Positions 36,299-49,572 of a DNA stretch of 64,000 nt are shown in pieces. The notes beneath the pieces were generated by a model. The model did no database searches and had not been told where the DNA came from. It worked only from the letters and a program-made list of their open reading frames with translations. The DNA comes from Octopus sinensis (lineage: Eukaryota): NCBI RefSeq assembly GCF_006345805.1, contig NC_042999.1:1922001-1986000 (forward strand). The letters are read 5' to 3'. Position numbers and translations under genes: made by a program. How positions within the stretch are numbered: position 1 is the stretch's first letter; each line of letters opens with the position of its first letter.

Positions 36299-36369
36299 GT
36301 AAATATTTTATGTATTGTGTTCATTTCTGAAGATATGTTTTTTTTTATACTTTCTATGTTTTTATATGA

Positions 36370-37009
36370 TTCAAGAATGGAGCAGAGTGAATGATGGGAT
36401 TGCAGAATACTAAAAGCACAATTTCCGCTAGGCCAGACATGTCACAAGGTTCCAAGACAACAGGTGGACCCATGCATTTGCCAAATGGTACCCAAGAGAT
36501 TGGAAAAGGCCTCCATGACAATGGGAAGATGGCATGGTTAAGCAATTCGGGTCGAGATGGAAAAGAATGGTGCAGACAGAATTGGAAGTGCATTGTGACC
36601 AGTGATGTAAACCAGTGTAGTGGTCTACGTTGCTAAATAGTTGAATGATCTCCCTTGCAAGAAAGATTACAGAGTAGCCTCCCTTTTCTAAGTTTCTCGA
36701 AGCATCTGTGTCTTGAGACGTGATTTTTAATTATTCAAGAAGCTTAGAGTTTCTCTTGGAAATTTCTAGAATACCTAGTGTTCAATTCATAAAAACAGTT
36801 TGCTAACCCTGCTCTTCGCTTCTTAATCTATTAGGCTTAGAGCCATTCAAGTCATTGCTATGTCCATCTTTTTCTCTATGCCACATGACTGTAAACCACC
36901 ACTTAGCTGTTATTTCTACATTATCTATCTCTGAACTTTCTTGCATAGATTACTTCATTCAACTAGATTCTACATTTTGATTCTATGTATCATCATCGAC
37001 CAGTAAATA
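36370..37009 (+). pseudogene. 5'-truncated RTE LINE: ORF2 C-terminus plus 3' UTR
   Basis: ARHVTRFQDNRWTHAFAKWYPRDWKRPP.QWED resembles the RTE motif WAGHVAR..DNRWT....WYPR..KRP.GRP..RW. Confidence 0.75.
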
Positions 37010-37085
37010 AAATATATTTTTAATGTAATAACTATATAGATCTTGAATTTATTCTTCATCTCTTTATGAACTATTGTAACAACAT

Positions 37086-37470
37086 GGAGGCGCAATGGCC
37101 CAGTGGTTAGGGCAGCGGACTCGTGGTCATAGGATCGCGGTTTCGATTCCCAGACCGGGCGTTGTGAGTGTTTATTGAGCGAAAACACCTAAAAGCTCCA
37201 CGAGGCTTCGGCAGGGGATGGTGGTGATCCCTGCTGTACTCTTTCACCACAACTTTCCCTCACTCTTACTTCCTGTTTTTGTTGTACTTGTATTTCAAGG
37301 GGGCCGGCCTTGTCACTCTCTGTGTCACGCTGAATATCCCCGAGAACTACGTTAAGGGTGCACGTGTCTGTGGAGTGCTCAGCCACTTACACGTTAATTT
37401 CACGAGCAGGCTGTTCCGTTGATTTGGATCAACCGGAACCCTCGTCGTCGTAACCGATGGAGTGCTTCCA
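37086..37470 (+). mobile_element. SINE family D, full length
   Basis: tRNA head ggcgcaatggcccagtggttagggcagcggactcg...ggtttcgattcc; body matches 57595-57968. Confidence 0.9.
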
Positions 37471-37887
37471 TTCCATTCCATTGTAACAACATGCACACAG
37501 CCACATCAACACCTTGTGCTGACCATATATTCCCACTGCAACAGCATCTGACAGTCTGTTCAAGATGGTGATACTATAATTTCTGAGAGTATTGAATGGA
37601 AGTTCATAGTCGCAGAATTTTTATGTATTGAGTACATTTCTGAAGATAGGTTTTTACTTTCTATATTTATGTAGAAAAACTCAGATATTATAATAACTTC
37701 ATTGTAAATACAATAACTTTCGGTTGCAAAATTGGTTTCGTTATAATCCTGAAGTTCAGAAGCAGATAACTTTAAATCCTCACTAAATCCATAACAATTA
37801 TAAACGGAAAGGAAAATCTGCTTTACGGTGATTTACAATGTTTCTAATTTTTTTTTTATATAATTCCTGAAAATAAACGATTACAGT

Positions 37888-38396
37888 CAGTGGCAGACTG
37901 GGTCTAAAAATATTGGTTGCCAGGAGACTAATGGGGCCCACCCACAACTACAAGAGAGGGGGGCCCACCTGCAACTACAATGCTGTCATTTAATTTTTTT
38001 ATTTTTTGTTAAAAGTATTCTTTTCAACTGTAAAAGCACCCACAACACTCTCGGATTGGTTGGCATTAGGAAGGGCATCCAGCTGTAGAAACTCTGCCAG
38101 ATCAGACTGGAGCCTGGTGCAGCCATCTGGTTCGCTAGTCCTCAGTCAAATCATCCAACCCATGCTAGCATGGAAAGCGGACGTTAAATGATGATGATGA
38201 TGTTATCCTTTTCAACTGTCTACAAACACAGCCAGGCTGAAATAATTAATGCATTCTTCCAGGAATTAATAAAAAATTCTCAAACTTGAGGGGATGGGCA
38301 CCTTAGATACTAACGTGGGCCCCTATATATGGATTCTAATGGCGCAGGGGCCCACTTGCCATCAGGTAAGCTGGCAACCTAGCCAGTCAGCAATTG
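37888..38396. mobile_element. hAT-like MITE containing a family C insertion (38030-38202)
   Basis: Ends cagtggcagactggg / gccagtcagcaattg (11/15 inverted match); gggccc subterminal motifs; 8-bp flanks attacagt / atcacaat (6/8). Confidence 0.5.
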
Positions 38397-38708
38397 ATCA
38401 CAATTTTGATGATAATGTGGTCTCCTGATTGCAAAGAGGCTAGAAATATTCAACATTTTTTTTAATGTGTTTCACTGCAGTATGAGAGACTGTTATTTTG
38501 GTCATAGCATCGATAACAAAATAAAAAAATACTTTTATGAAGATTTCACTAGTACAGTAGAACCTCGATTTTTGAACAACTCTGATTGCAAATAAATCAT
38601 GCTTTATCTCCTGTCTTTCTCATATTCATTTAACACAGTAGTACCTCAGTTTACAAACTGATCACAAATAGATCATGCTTTATATATATTCCTATATCTA
38701 TCTATATA

Positions 38709-38739
<31 letters not shown>

Positions 38740-38741
<2 letters not shown>

Positions 38742-38968
38742 GGAGTAAACACATAAATGTGAAACAAGGTGGAAAAAAGAGTACTCAAATACCAGTGGTA
38801 GAGTAATATGCTTTATTTTAAGCAGCAGAAAATTCAACAAAATCTGTTACTCTGAGTTTCTCGTTACCGTTCATCAGACAGTTTTTGCTAGAAAAAACTG
38901 TCTGATGAACGGCAACAAGAAACTCAGAGTAACAGATTTTGTTGAATTTTCTGCTGCTTAAAATAAAG
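38740..38968. mobile_element. Penelope-type pLTR remnant with an inverted duplication and two hammerheads
   Basis: Arms 38811-38886 and 38892-38968 are nearly perfectly reverse-complementary; flanked by (TA)n on both sides. Confidence 0.75.
38898..38935 (+). ncRNA. Type-I hammerhead motif (mirror copy at 38844-38881, minus strand)
   Basis: ctgt-CTGATGA-acggcaacaa-GAAAC-tcaga-GTA-acag; stem I CTGT/ACAG; the minus-strand copy has stem II cg-GTAA-cg. Confidence 0.7.
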
Positions 38969-39070
38969 TATATATATATATATATATATATATGTAAGTA
39001 TATATGTAAGTATATGTAAGTATATCGTTTGCTGTGCATATATATATCTGTATTTATGTACCCTTGATAT

Positions 39071-39130
39071 ATTCAATTGATGATGGTAAAGCTTATCTAA
39101 AGCAGAACCAGAAATCCTTGGATCTTGAAT
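39071..39130 (+). ncRNA. Type-I hammerhead motif (third independent family)
   Basis: attcaa-TTGATGA-tggt-19nt-acca-GAAA-tcc-tt-gga-TC-ttgaat: 6-bp stem I, 4-bp stem II, paired stem III, AUC triplet, one core change (C3U). Confidence 0.7.
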
Positions 39131-39624
39131 TATTCAATAATTTTTGCTTGTATGTTTTGTCCCTCCGCTTTACCTCATGGTGCGATATGAACATTTAACG
39201 TGGTTTTATAGTCAGAGTTTCGACTGCTATTTCGGCATGTTGGTGTCTTTTAGACACCCTCATTTTTAATTATATATATATATATATATATAACCCATGC
39301 ATCGTCCAACCCATGCTAGCATGGAAAGCTGACATTAAACGATGATGATGATATAAAGCATGATTTATTTGAGATCAGTGTTGTTTGAAAACTGAGGTAC
39401 AACTGTATCTCAGTTGGATGGCTGAAGTCTTAAAGTAAAGGAAATATGAAACAAAAGAATGCTTTTATTTTGCTCAAGTCATTATTATCAAAAAGTGTTT
39501 TAAGTCCAAAACGCTGCTTTTTCAGAAAAAAAAAACAAACTAGTGTCATCATTCCATTTCATTTTCCATTAGAAACAGTTTCAGCTTAACAATAATACTT
39601 TGTTGGGTTCATAAAATCGTAACT

Positions 39625-39905
39625 TCATCATCACCACCATCATCATCGTTTAACATCCGCTTTCCATGCTAGCATGGGTTGGACGGTTTGTCTGAGGGCT
39701 GGCGAACCATATGGCTGCACCGGGCTCCAGTCTTGATCTGGCAGAGTTTCTACAGATGCATGCCCTTCCTAATGCCAACCACTCTGAGAGTGTAGTGGGT
39801 GCTTTTACATGCCACCGGTACAGGGACCAATCAGGTGGTACTGGCAACGACCTAGCTCAAATTTTTTACACATGCCAATGGCACAGGTGCCAGCAAGGCG
39901 ATGCT
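39625..39905 (-). mobile_element. Family C retroposon
   Basis: As for the other family C copies. Confidence 0.85.
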
Positions 39906-41759
39906 GGTATGATTATATTTTCAGTCAAGAATATTTTTGCAAAACTCATATATGTAGAGCTTATTACACTTTTGAAAAATGCTAAACCGTTGTACTACAC
40001 TTTGACTGTTTTCATATCTTGGTATCTGAAGCAGCTGGAGATACGATAGTTTGACCAAAAGAACCGGCTATTGCAAGCAAAATTAAGTACTGAAAAAAAT
40101 GCATTTAGCCAAGCTTGGACATACGACAGTTTAACATAATAGCAACGATATGTGTTGGATGGTTTGACAGATGAGAGAGCTGTGCTAAGTTCTCTGTTTT
40201 AGCATGGATTTTACAACTGGATGCCCTTCCTCATGCCGACCACATTGCATAGTGTACTGGGCAATCTCTCTTCATTGCTCTCACTCTAGTGAGGTCACAA
40301 AGTTACACACATGACAAAACCCCTTTACTGAGTGATATTGAGAGAAGGAGCTTTGTGCCAAATGTTGAGACATTAAAGTATGCTAGAAGGACAGGAACAG
40401 GCTCCTTGCTGTAGAGAAGATATGTGACTAAATCAGCTTGAAAGGGAAAAAGGATGGAGGGGATGTGAAGTGTGACAGCATAAGCCTGAGGAGCAAGAAA
40501 GTGGATAAGAGGCTGAGAATTGAAGAGGGCTTGATGGATGGTTGCGTAACAGACTTCTCAACTACATAACCATTTCTGCAGCAAACTGTTCAGCACTTAA
40601 ATAAATTGGTTTGCCCTAAGAAAATGTTTGAACAACCCTTCTTTCTAGGAAATAAACTTCCTGTTTTAGAATGATCTAAATTAAATTTTCCAAGTTATGT
40701 TCCAAATACTAGCTTAATAATTATGGTTATTTTACTAAATTCTTCATTATTTTTAAAGCGAGTCAAAACAAGGAACAGCAAATTTTTATGGAAATATAGC
40801 AAAAAATGCATTAACTTCTTTGATATCAACTTCCTGAGATTGCCTTTGTGACTATGATATACAAACTTCCTGTTTTCAAGTGATATAAATTAAAATCTTC
40901 CATCAAAATTTGATGTTAATTTATGTTGTAAACACCATCTTAATAAAGACAGTTTTATTTTACTAAATTCTTTGGTTTTGAAATTTATTGAAACGGAGGT
41001 AGAGAATTTCAATAGAAATATGGTGACAAATGTTTGAGAATTTCATAGAAATATGTATCTTTAATCCTTTTTGATACCAAAAAATCTGAGACTGATCTTG
41101 ATCTATGAAGTTAATTTCCTGTTTTAGAGTGATCCAAATTTTAAAATTCCAACAAAATTTCATATAAATTCATATTCCAAACACTGGCTTTATAAAGACA
41201 AAATTATTTTGCTTAATCTTTCGTTTTCAAAATAACTTAAACAAAGGCAGACTATTTCAACAGTTATGGTAACAAAAAAAAATTAAGAGGTTAACTTGGA
41301 TGATATGAGATAAATTATGAATAAATTATGAAAAGACAGGATGGTCACAGACAGTGGCGGTAGGGACAAAGATGATGGTGGTGCTAATGATGATGAAGAT
41401 GGTGTTGGCAGAATGATGATGAAGCATTGATTTGAGACAAAATAAAGAGCAACCGATCTGCCTGTCGGTGAGCATACTGTTGTTTTGTTTATTCCTTAGA
41501 AAATCTAACACTGTTTACATAAAATTCTTAGTAATTAATTCATAGAATGAAATGTTCAGCCAAAAATATGTTTATATTTTGTGAAATTTCATTTCAGTCA
41601 GCTTGGAATAAAGTCTGTTAATTAAAAATTGTTTGCAGCCTTATTTGTAATATGATAGCAATTAATGAACATTTGTTCTATAATCTAATTGTTTGAAGCC
41701 CAACCAAATATTTTTTTAGATTTCTTTAAAATTTTATTTAATCTTCCTGTAGAACACAT

Positions 41760-41870
41760 ATATCTGAGTGTGTATGTATTTGTGTGCTCATACATGTATG
41801 TATATATGTATGTGTGTGTATATATATATATATGTATATATGCATGTGTGTGTATATATATGTATATATA

Positions 41871-41904
<34 letters not shown>

Positions 41905-41959
41905 ATATATGTGTGTGTATATATATGTGTGTGTATATATATGTGTGTATATATATATG

Positions 41960-41996
<37 letters not shown>

Positions 41997-42037
41997 ATAT
42001 ATGTGTGTGTATATATATGTGTGTGTATATATATGTG

Positions 42038-42105
<68 letters not shown>

Positions 42106-42175
42106 TTGTATATATATAAATATATTTGTATATATATAAATATTTATTTGTGTATATGTATATATATATATATAT
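41760..42175. repeat. Compound (TA)/(TG) microsatellite
   Basis: Directly visible. Confidence 0.95.
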
Positions 42176-44399
42176 GGTAGAAAAAGAGAGAAAAATTGTG
42201 AATATAAAAGATAATACAAGGTGTGAAATATATTTCTAAATACAAAAAGTACCAATAATATTAAATTTAATTTTTGAAAATTATTTTAACCATGATTTTT
42301 CTCCAAGGTTAAATTCACCTTTCAGTTTTATTTCTATAATATAAAAAAAATTTTTTTAAATAGATATACAAACCGTTTTTAAAAAAAAACTAAAAATTCT
42401 AAATTTAAATATCTTAACAGTAACAAAGGTATGCCAGTCGCTTCTTTTTCAGTTTGAACTTGCCCTTGAAGCTGTTCGTGTTAGTTATAACTTATAACAA
42501 ATTGTTCTGTTAAGCTATGAATATCACTGCTTGGTGAAACATGACAAAAAATATTGGTTGCAAAAAAGGAAGAAAAATTAAATTAAAAAAAAAAAAATCA
42601 ATCTTTTTTCATTATTTTCTTCTTGTGATAATGAAACTGGCTCCATTCTGAACTTTATTCTCTTTTCTATTCTTTTTTTTTTTTTACTAGTATTTTTTTT
42701 TTTTTTTGATTTTTAGTAAAACAACTTTCTGATTTATTTCTTTATTAATCATACCTAAAAGCCTGAATGGGCCATTTACTGGAGTTATGATTTATGCCAA
42801 CCTCAGGTTATAGTTTTAATGTCTGAATTTATTTCCTTTCATAGTGCTTTTATTTTCTTGTTGGTGGTGTTTTGTCAATTTTTTTTTACACGCAAGCACA
42901 CACACACAGATACATACATATACACATACATATATATATTATTTCTCAGACTTAATAGGATGACTAGGCAGGGGCGAGGGGATAGATAACCTGAAAAGAG
43001 TAAAAAAGGGTAGAATAGAAAAAACAAAAAAACGATGAACATAGGTGAATTTTTTTTTTTCCTTGAAGATCTACTTTGGAAAATAAATGTGTTCAGCTTG
43101 TTGCAAAAGCAAATCAATGTTGCAGAAGATTGGTGGCATCATTTAGTTTGGCTTTGATGTTTTGGGTTAGAGAGATAGAGTAAGAAGTATGTTTGTTGTC
43201 CAACAGATACATTCATGTATGTATATGTTTGTTCAAAGTGGTTTTGTAAGCGAGAGGGCAGAAACGAAGTCCTCGGTGTGTCTTTTGAATTGATGTGACA
43301 GAAGAAACATTTGAATCATGAATAAATGTTCCCACGACCGAGAAGTACATTACTACTTGAGGTGTGTAAGATTATTTGTTAGTCAATAAAAAATTGTTAG
43401 AAAATAAAAAATAAAGAACAGTTGTACAATTCTCTTAACGACGGCCATAGTTAAAAGATCCCAGATGCATAACCACAAAATGGCTTCAAGTAATATTGAA
43501 GGTAATCTCACTTCGTGTATGGAACTTATATCTATGGTAAAGCATAACATTATGTTTTCCAATTTCCTTCATCTGTAATATAAAGTATTTGTGTCCTTAG
43601 TTATCGCAAACCACTGGCTCAGAATTTCTGGTGTATATCATCATCATCCAACACTGGATTAACCATTAAGCAAAATATGCATGTACTTAGAGCATCAAGG
43701 AAAGGGGACTCCACAGAAATGGTAAATGGTTTATGGCACAAAGAAAATCATTTTAAACTTGCTAGAATAATATTCAGTGATTTATACAATATGAAAACTT
43801 TTTTTATGGTCTGATTATATATGGGGGCACCAAATCTTTTATAAGTGCTTTGGGTCTCTATGGGTTCTTAACCATCCCTGTCATCATCATCATCAACTCT
43901 ATTTTAACGTCTGTTTTTCCATGCTTGCATGAGTTAGATGGAAACCATAGAAACAGATTTTTGTATGGCCAGATGTCCTTCTTGTCACCAGCCCTCACTT
44001 GTTTCTGAATAAGGCAATATTTTTTCCACATGAAGATATGTTTTTATAGAAGATCAGAAATAGACACCGTTCGTGCGACAGAGACACTCGTAGCTATCTC
44101 TTGATGCCAAGACAAGGAATCACAAACTCAGATACATGCAAACGCACACACATACATACATGACATCTGCTTTTACTAAATATCTACCAAAGCTACCCAC
44201 AAGGCTTTGGACAACTGAGCTCTATAGTAGAAAACATTTGCCCAAGGGTTCCACACAGCAGGACTGAACCAAAGACCAAATGGACGGGGAGCAAGCTTCT
44301 GAACCACATGTCCAGGAAGCAAATTTTTTTACCTCTCAATCAGGAAGTGAATTTCTCAACCACATAGCCATATCAATAATCAATCAGTATGCAGTTCAA

Positions 44400-44870
44400 T
44401 TGAGGGCAGTGAGCTGGCAGAATTGTGAGTATGCTGGGTGGAATGCTTAGCGGTATTTCATCTGTTCTGAGTTCAAATTCTGCCAGGGTCGACTTTGCCT
44501 TTCATCCTTTCAGGTTCAATTAAATAGGTACCAGTTACGCATTGGGGTTGATGTAATTGACTCAATCCCTTTGTCCTTGTTTGTTCCCTCTATGCTTAGC
44601 CCCTTGTGGGCAATAAAGAAATAAATATTCCCAATAATTAAGGTGGTCAGCTGCCTGAACCATTAGTCTGCTGCACCAAATGTTTAGGGGTATTTTGTCT
44701 CTCTTTACATTCTGAGTTCAAATTTCACCAAGGTTGATTTTTGCCTTTCATTATTTCAAGGTTGATAAAATAAGTACCAGTTACACACTAGGGTCAATAT
44801 AATCAATTCAATCCCTTTGTCTGTCCTTGTTTGTCCCCTGTATGTTTAGCCCCTTGTGGGCTATAAACAA
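44400..44870 (+). mobile_element. Diverged family B SINE pair
   Basis: gagctggcagaa head and gactttgcctttcatcc bodies. Confidence 0.8.
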
Positions 44871-45299
44871 ATCAATATGCAGTTCAATTGTCCAATGACT
44901 ACAAAGGAATTTTCTAAGTAGATCAGAAATTAAAATGCAGCTTATTGGTCAGTTTGTCGTTTGTATATGAAGCAATTACTAAGTCATCTTTGTGATTTAT
45001 TTTCTAAATCTAATTGTACATTATACAAAAGTTATAATATCTATTTGAAGCTTAAATGCAAGGCCATCAACTACATAATTCTGAGTTATATATTTCAACA
45101 TCCATTATGCTCTTAGCTGGCAAAGAACATAAATTTACTCTAGTTTTTATATGAAAGAAAAGCAGAAATCCAAATAAAATTGTAATGGTTGCTTTTAGTG
45201 AAAATTGGTTTTTAAAAACCTGGGAATAAGTTCAAGTGTTGCAAAGTAATGTGAAGAGAATTAATGTCTTAGGGACTAAAATTATTAACCATCTTACAA

Positions 45300-45665
45300 T
45301 AGCTCTGAGCACCTTTCCAAACTCCACCTGTCTAACACCCGTGGACATGTTTACAAAGTCAGAAAACAGCACAGCTCCCATGACTTTCGGAAACATTTTT
45401 TCATGCTAAGAGTTACTGAAGTATGGAACAAACTGCTGGCATCAGTTGTTAGTTGTCGGAGCACTGCATCCTTCAAAACTTCCATGCTTCCTGAGATTCG
45501 GCAACACTACACCTGATTTTTTCCTCTCCATACACATGCAAGTATGTATCTGACTCATATACTGTTCACTTCCCAGACATTTGTACATTACTGCATATGC
45601 TTTATACGCACTTCTGACAAGTTGTGGTGCACCTGAGCACTGTATACAATAATTTCATTATTATT
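45300..45665 (+). pseudogene. CR1-type LINE 3' end
   Basis: TRGHVYKVRKQHSSHDFRKHFFMLRVTEVWNKL...SFK matches the CR1 C-terminal motif TRGH..KL...R..FFS.RV...WN.LP; 3' UTR ends in (ATT)n. Confidence 0.8.
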
Positions 45666-45894
45666 TTTTACTTTTGTAAATATATTTTCGATGTTTCAGC
45701 TATTTATTCAGACTCTCCAAATTCATGCCCACTCCATGGAATCGTTCGACTCAAAGAATCACCTTACAAAATACTGTCATACCCAGAGATATAAGGGAAA
45801 ATATCCTTATCTCTGTAGCTGTCAGTCTATCTAACTCTGTTTCTGCTTGTCTGTCTAACGAGTACATAATGTATGTATAAATAAAATAATAAAT

Positions 45895-46140
45895 GCGCCC
45901 TTTTAAAGCCTAGCCAGTCTCATGGGCCCGGTTTCCTGGTTTCTATGGCGTATGTGATTCCCAGCTGGACAGGACGCCAGTCCATCGCAGCATTGCTCAT
46001 TTTTGCCAGCTGAGTGGACTGGAGCAACATGAAATAAAGTGTTTTGCTCAAGAACACAATGTGTCGCCCGGTCCAGGAATCGAAACCAAAATCTTACGAT
46101 CGTGGTGCTGATACCCTAACCACTAAGCCAAATGCCTCCA
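45895..46140 (-). mobile_element. tRNA-derived SINE
   Basis: Reverse complement ggaggcatttggcttagtggttagggt...ggtttcgattcc; tail resembles the 21467 copy. Confidence 0.8.
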
Positions 46141-47269
46141 CAATGTATGTATGCATATGCTATTTTAGTGGTAACAAAGGGAAAAAAAAGTATTCAAGAT
46201 TTGAGGTAGAATAAAACAGTGAAATGGCAGAATCAGGCAAAATGCTTGGCAGCATGTCATCTATCTTTATGTTCTGAGTTCAAATCCTGCCAGAGGTGAA
46301 CTTTGTCTTTCAATCTTTTAGGTTCTGTAAAATAAGTATGAGTTGCCTCTGGGGTGAATGTAATCAACTTGCCCCCTCTCTTGAAATTGCTGGCATTGTG
46401 TGAAAATTAAAAATTAATGTTTGAGAGAGAATGTGTACTTTATAAGATCAGCTGGAATTGGAGCTCACCCCTACTTTTAGTTTCTGGGTTCCTTTGAGCT
46501 ACAAAACCATGCCTTGATTTATCAGCTTATAAATTCTGGTTCTGAATCCCCATTGAATGACCAACCCAAATTTTGAGCCTTGTAAAATACTGGCATTGGT
46601 TTAATTAGACATAATGAATCAGGTTTTTTTTATGACCTGGAGTTCTTCATTTCTTAATAAGGTATTTTTATTTCATTGGCCCCCCAATTGATGAAACCTA
46701 CACCACCACTGAACTCATCTTTATTTACTGGGAAAAAAATGCAAAACAGTGTTAATGAAGATACACAGACACACATGATAGTCTACCACACATATGTCAA
46801 CCAATTATACTGACAAAGAATTAGTCAGCATAAAAGCAGCTATAGAAGAAATTTGCCTGAAAGCTCATGATGTGTGGCTGAACCCGAAATCCCTGGGTTA
46901 AGAATTTAGCTTTAGAAACTCCCAACTATGTTTGCATGCACCCACATATACAGAAACACATCAGTCACTTTGCCTGTGTGAGGCCCAATGCTCGAAAGGT
47001 GCTTTTTACATACCACTGGTGCAGAAATGAAAATTGAAAATGGAATTGAAGATATTTTGCTCAATAAGGTCATCATCTCTCAGTGGAATACCTGCAAAGA
47101 TTATTCCAAAGTTAGAAGTTTTGTTATATCAACCTGGATGAGATTATCTCTGACTCTATGATACAAACTACATGTTTTGAAGTGATTTAAATCAAAAACT
47201 TCCATCATAATTTCATGCTAATTCTAGTTCCAAACACCCATTTAATAATCTTCTTTTCTTCTTTATGCC

Positions 47270-47735
47270 TTTAGCCCTCCAACGCTGAGTATAGGCCACT
47301 TATAGTTGAATTCCATGTTGCATAATTTTGGGCTTCTGTACTTATACTCTGCCATGAATGTCCCCCTTTCTCTAGTTCTTTTTGTGTTGACCTCTGCCAC
47401 TAGTTCTTGGGCCTACTTTTCTTTCTATATCCATCTGGTTTCCACTGTAAATCACTTTTCGCTACATTTGGTGTGTATTTTCTAATTGTGCTACCAATCC
47501 ACTTCCAATTTTTCTTAAATATTTGCTCCCTAATCGAAACTTGATTTGTTCTTTGTCATAGCTCCCTATTGCTTATGTGTTCGGGTCATCTAATTTTAAG
47601 TATACTACACAAGCATCTGTTGATGAATGACTGTATTTGCTTATTTGACTTAACTGTTGTTCGCCATGTCTCAGCCCCATACAATAACACCGCTTTTATG
47701 TTAGTGTTAAAAATTCTTATTTTGTTCTTTATTGA
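47270..47735 (-). pseudogene. Decayed RTE LINE ORF2 C-terminus
   Basis: KIRIFNTNIKAVLLYGAETWRTT...FINRCL.SILKIR.PE.ISN..L...WKWIG; in-frame stops. Confidence 0.88.
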
Positions 47736-48152
47736 AATTACACTTTAATAATGGCAAAGTTATTTTAATAAATTCTTTATTATTTTCGAAATTACTTGAA
47801 AGAAATACATTCTATTTCAACAGAAATATAGTAACGAATGGGTTAAGCTGGTATTTACCATTCTACCATAGAATAATTGTATAGAGATAAAAAGTTTGAA
47901 AAGTTTACCAAATACCAAAATGAATTCAAAATTGGATATACTTGTCTTTTGTTTTGCTGTGAACCACATTGATATGGTTTCAAAATATCGGGCAAAGCAT
48001 CAGTAAATAATGGCCTTTAGTAGAATATTATCATCTTTTCCAATGCCAAGAAATATGAACTGTTTCATTATGTCGAGAACTTGGCCACAATCTTTAATAG
48101 GTTCTAATGCCAGAGAGTCTTGTGTAAATATTTTGCAACTGAATTTTCATTT

Positions 48153-48288
48153 GTCCTCATCTTGTTTATTGTTAACACAACGCTTCGGCTGATATACCCT
48201 CCAGCCTTCATCAGGTGTCTTGGGGAAATTTTGAACCTGGGTTCTCATTCCTAAGGTATTTTTCGATGTTGTTGTTGTTATTGTTGTT

Positions 48289-48337
<49 letters not shown>

Positions 48338-48437
48338 TATTATTATTATAATTCAGGTCACTGCTTGGAATCAAACTTGGTATCTTGAGGTTAGTAGCCC
48401 ATGCTCTCAATCACTACACCATATGCCCGTGGGCATA
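48153..48437 (-). mobile_element. Family E tRNA-headed hammerhead element, 3'-truncated
   Basis: tRNA head, (TAA/CAA)n spacer, tail with a hammerhead at 48174-48219; 11-bp TSD aattttcattt (48142-48152 / 48438-48448); 7-bp terminal inversion tatgccc/gggcata. Confidence 0.85.
48174..48219 (-). ncRNA. Type-I minimal hammerhead ribozyme motif (family E)
   Basis: Reverse complement gacac-CTGATGA-a-ggctg-gagggtatat-cagcc-GAAGC-GTT-gtgtt; one core change (GAAA to GAAG). Confidence 0.75.
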
Positions 48438-48817
48438 AATTTTCATTTAACCACTCCTTGTCCATCCACAAAAATGAACAAGAGGATGACTTTTGGTTGT
48501 ATGTTCGGGGCAAATAATTTGATGTTTGTGTGGATTTGTGTAAAGTTCATAAAAATGGACGTTTGGTTATAGTGGAGCACTGCTTAGCAACATCATTAAT
48601 TAACATCTCTTTTCCATGCTGGCATGAGTTGGACAGTTTGACAAGACCTGCCAATGCCAGAGCTACACCTGGTTCCAATGTCTGCTTTGGCATGATTTCA
48701 ACAGCTGGATACCCTTCCTGATGCCAACCACTCTACAGCATGTACTGGGTGCTTTTTATGTGGAAGATTTATAAATGTTGTGGAAGAGGAGTTTAAAAAG
48801 TTTGATCAGCTCCAATA

Positions 48818-49425
48818 TACGAGGTCTGATCAATAAATATTGGGACTGTTGCCATAGTAACAAAGCTAAAGCACACAGAATAAAGCCACCTGGCAAAGAT
48901 TGATCTTGGACTCTGCTGTCTATGTGTACACTAAGTTTTAACATTCTAGCTCACTTTTGCTGTTTACAGAAGAGCTAGGAAGGAAGGTGTGTAGCGTGTG
49001 ATTGTCGCATTGACCATGACAGAGAAAGCTGTCATGGCAATACCTGCTCAGAGGCCTATGCAAAGTTGCAGAAAGTGTATGAGCTGCACACAAGTCTACA
49101 AGTTTCCAATATGGCCAAAAAATGTCGATATTGATGAACATTCTGGGAGATCCACAACCTACAGAACTGAGAAAAACATCGCAGATGTATGAGCAGCTGT
49201 GAGGGAAAATCGTCGAATCACCATCTGTGAGTTATCATAGGATGTGCAGATTAGTTACAGTTCAGTTCTGTCCATTATCACTGAAGATTTGGGTATGAGA
49301 TGCATGTCTGCCAAGTTTGTGCCAAAACTGCATTCAGCTAACTTAAAAGACACTCGGGGTTCAGTTGCACAAGATCTCCTTGAATGTGCCAAGAACGATG
49401 AAAAAGTTTTGAAAACTTTGCATAG
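48818..49425 (+). pseudogene. Decayed mariner transposon (5' TIR plus transposase N-terminus)
   Basis: TIR tacgaggtctgatcaataaat; peptide ..ENRRITICELS.DVQISYSSVLSIITEDLGMRCMSAKFVPKL (WVP-type motif). Confidence 0.9.
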
Positions 49426-49507
49426 ACCACTGAGCAGGTATTTTCCTTGTTCTTTTATTCTTGTACTTGTTTCAGTTATTTGACTGCAGCCATGCTGCCA
49501 AACATAT

Positions 49508-49572
<65 letters not shown>

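Larger units (their letters stand above)
38636..39405. mobile_element. Tigger/pogo-like remnant hosting nested insertions
   Basis: cagtagtacctcagttt (38636; a related start at 38555) and the inverted aaactgaggtacaactg-ta (ends 39405). Confidence 0.6.
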
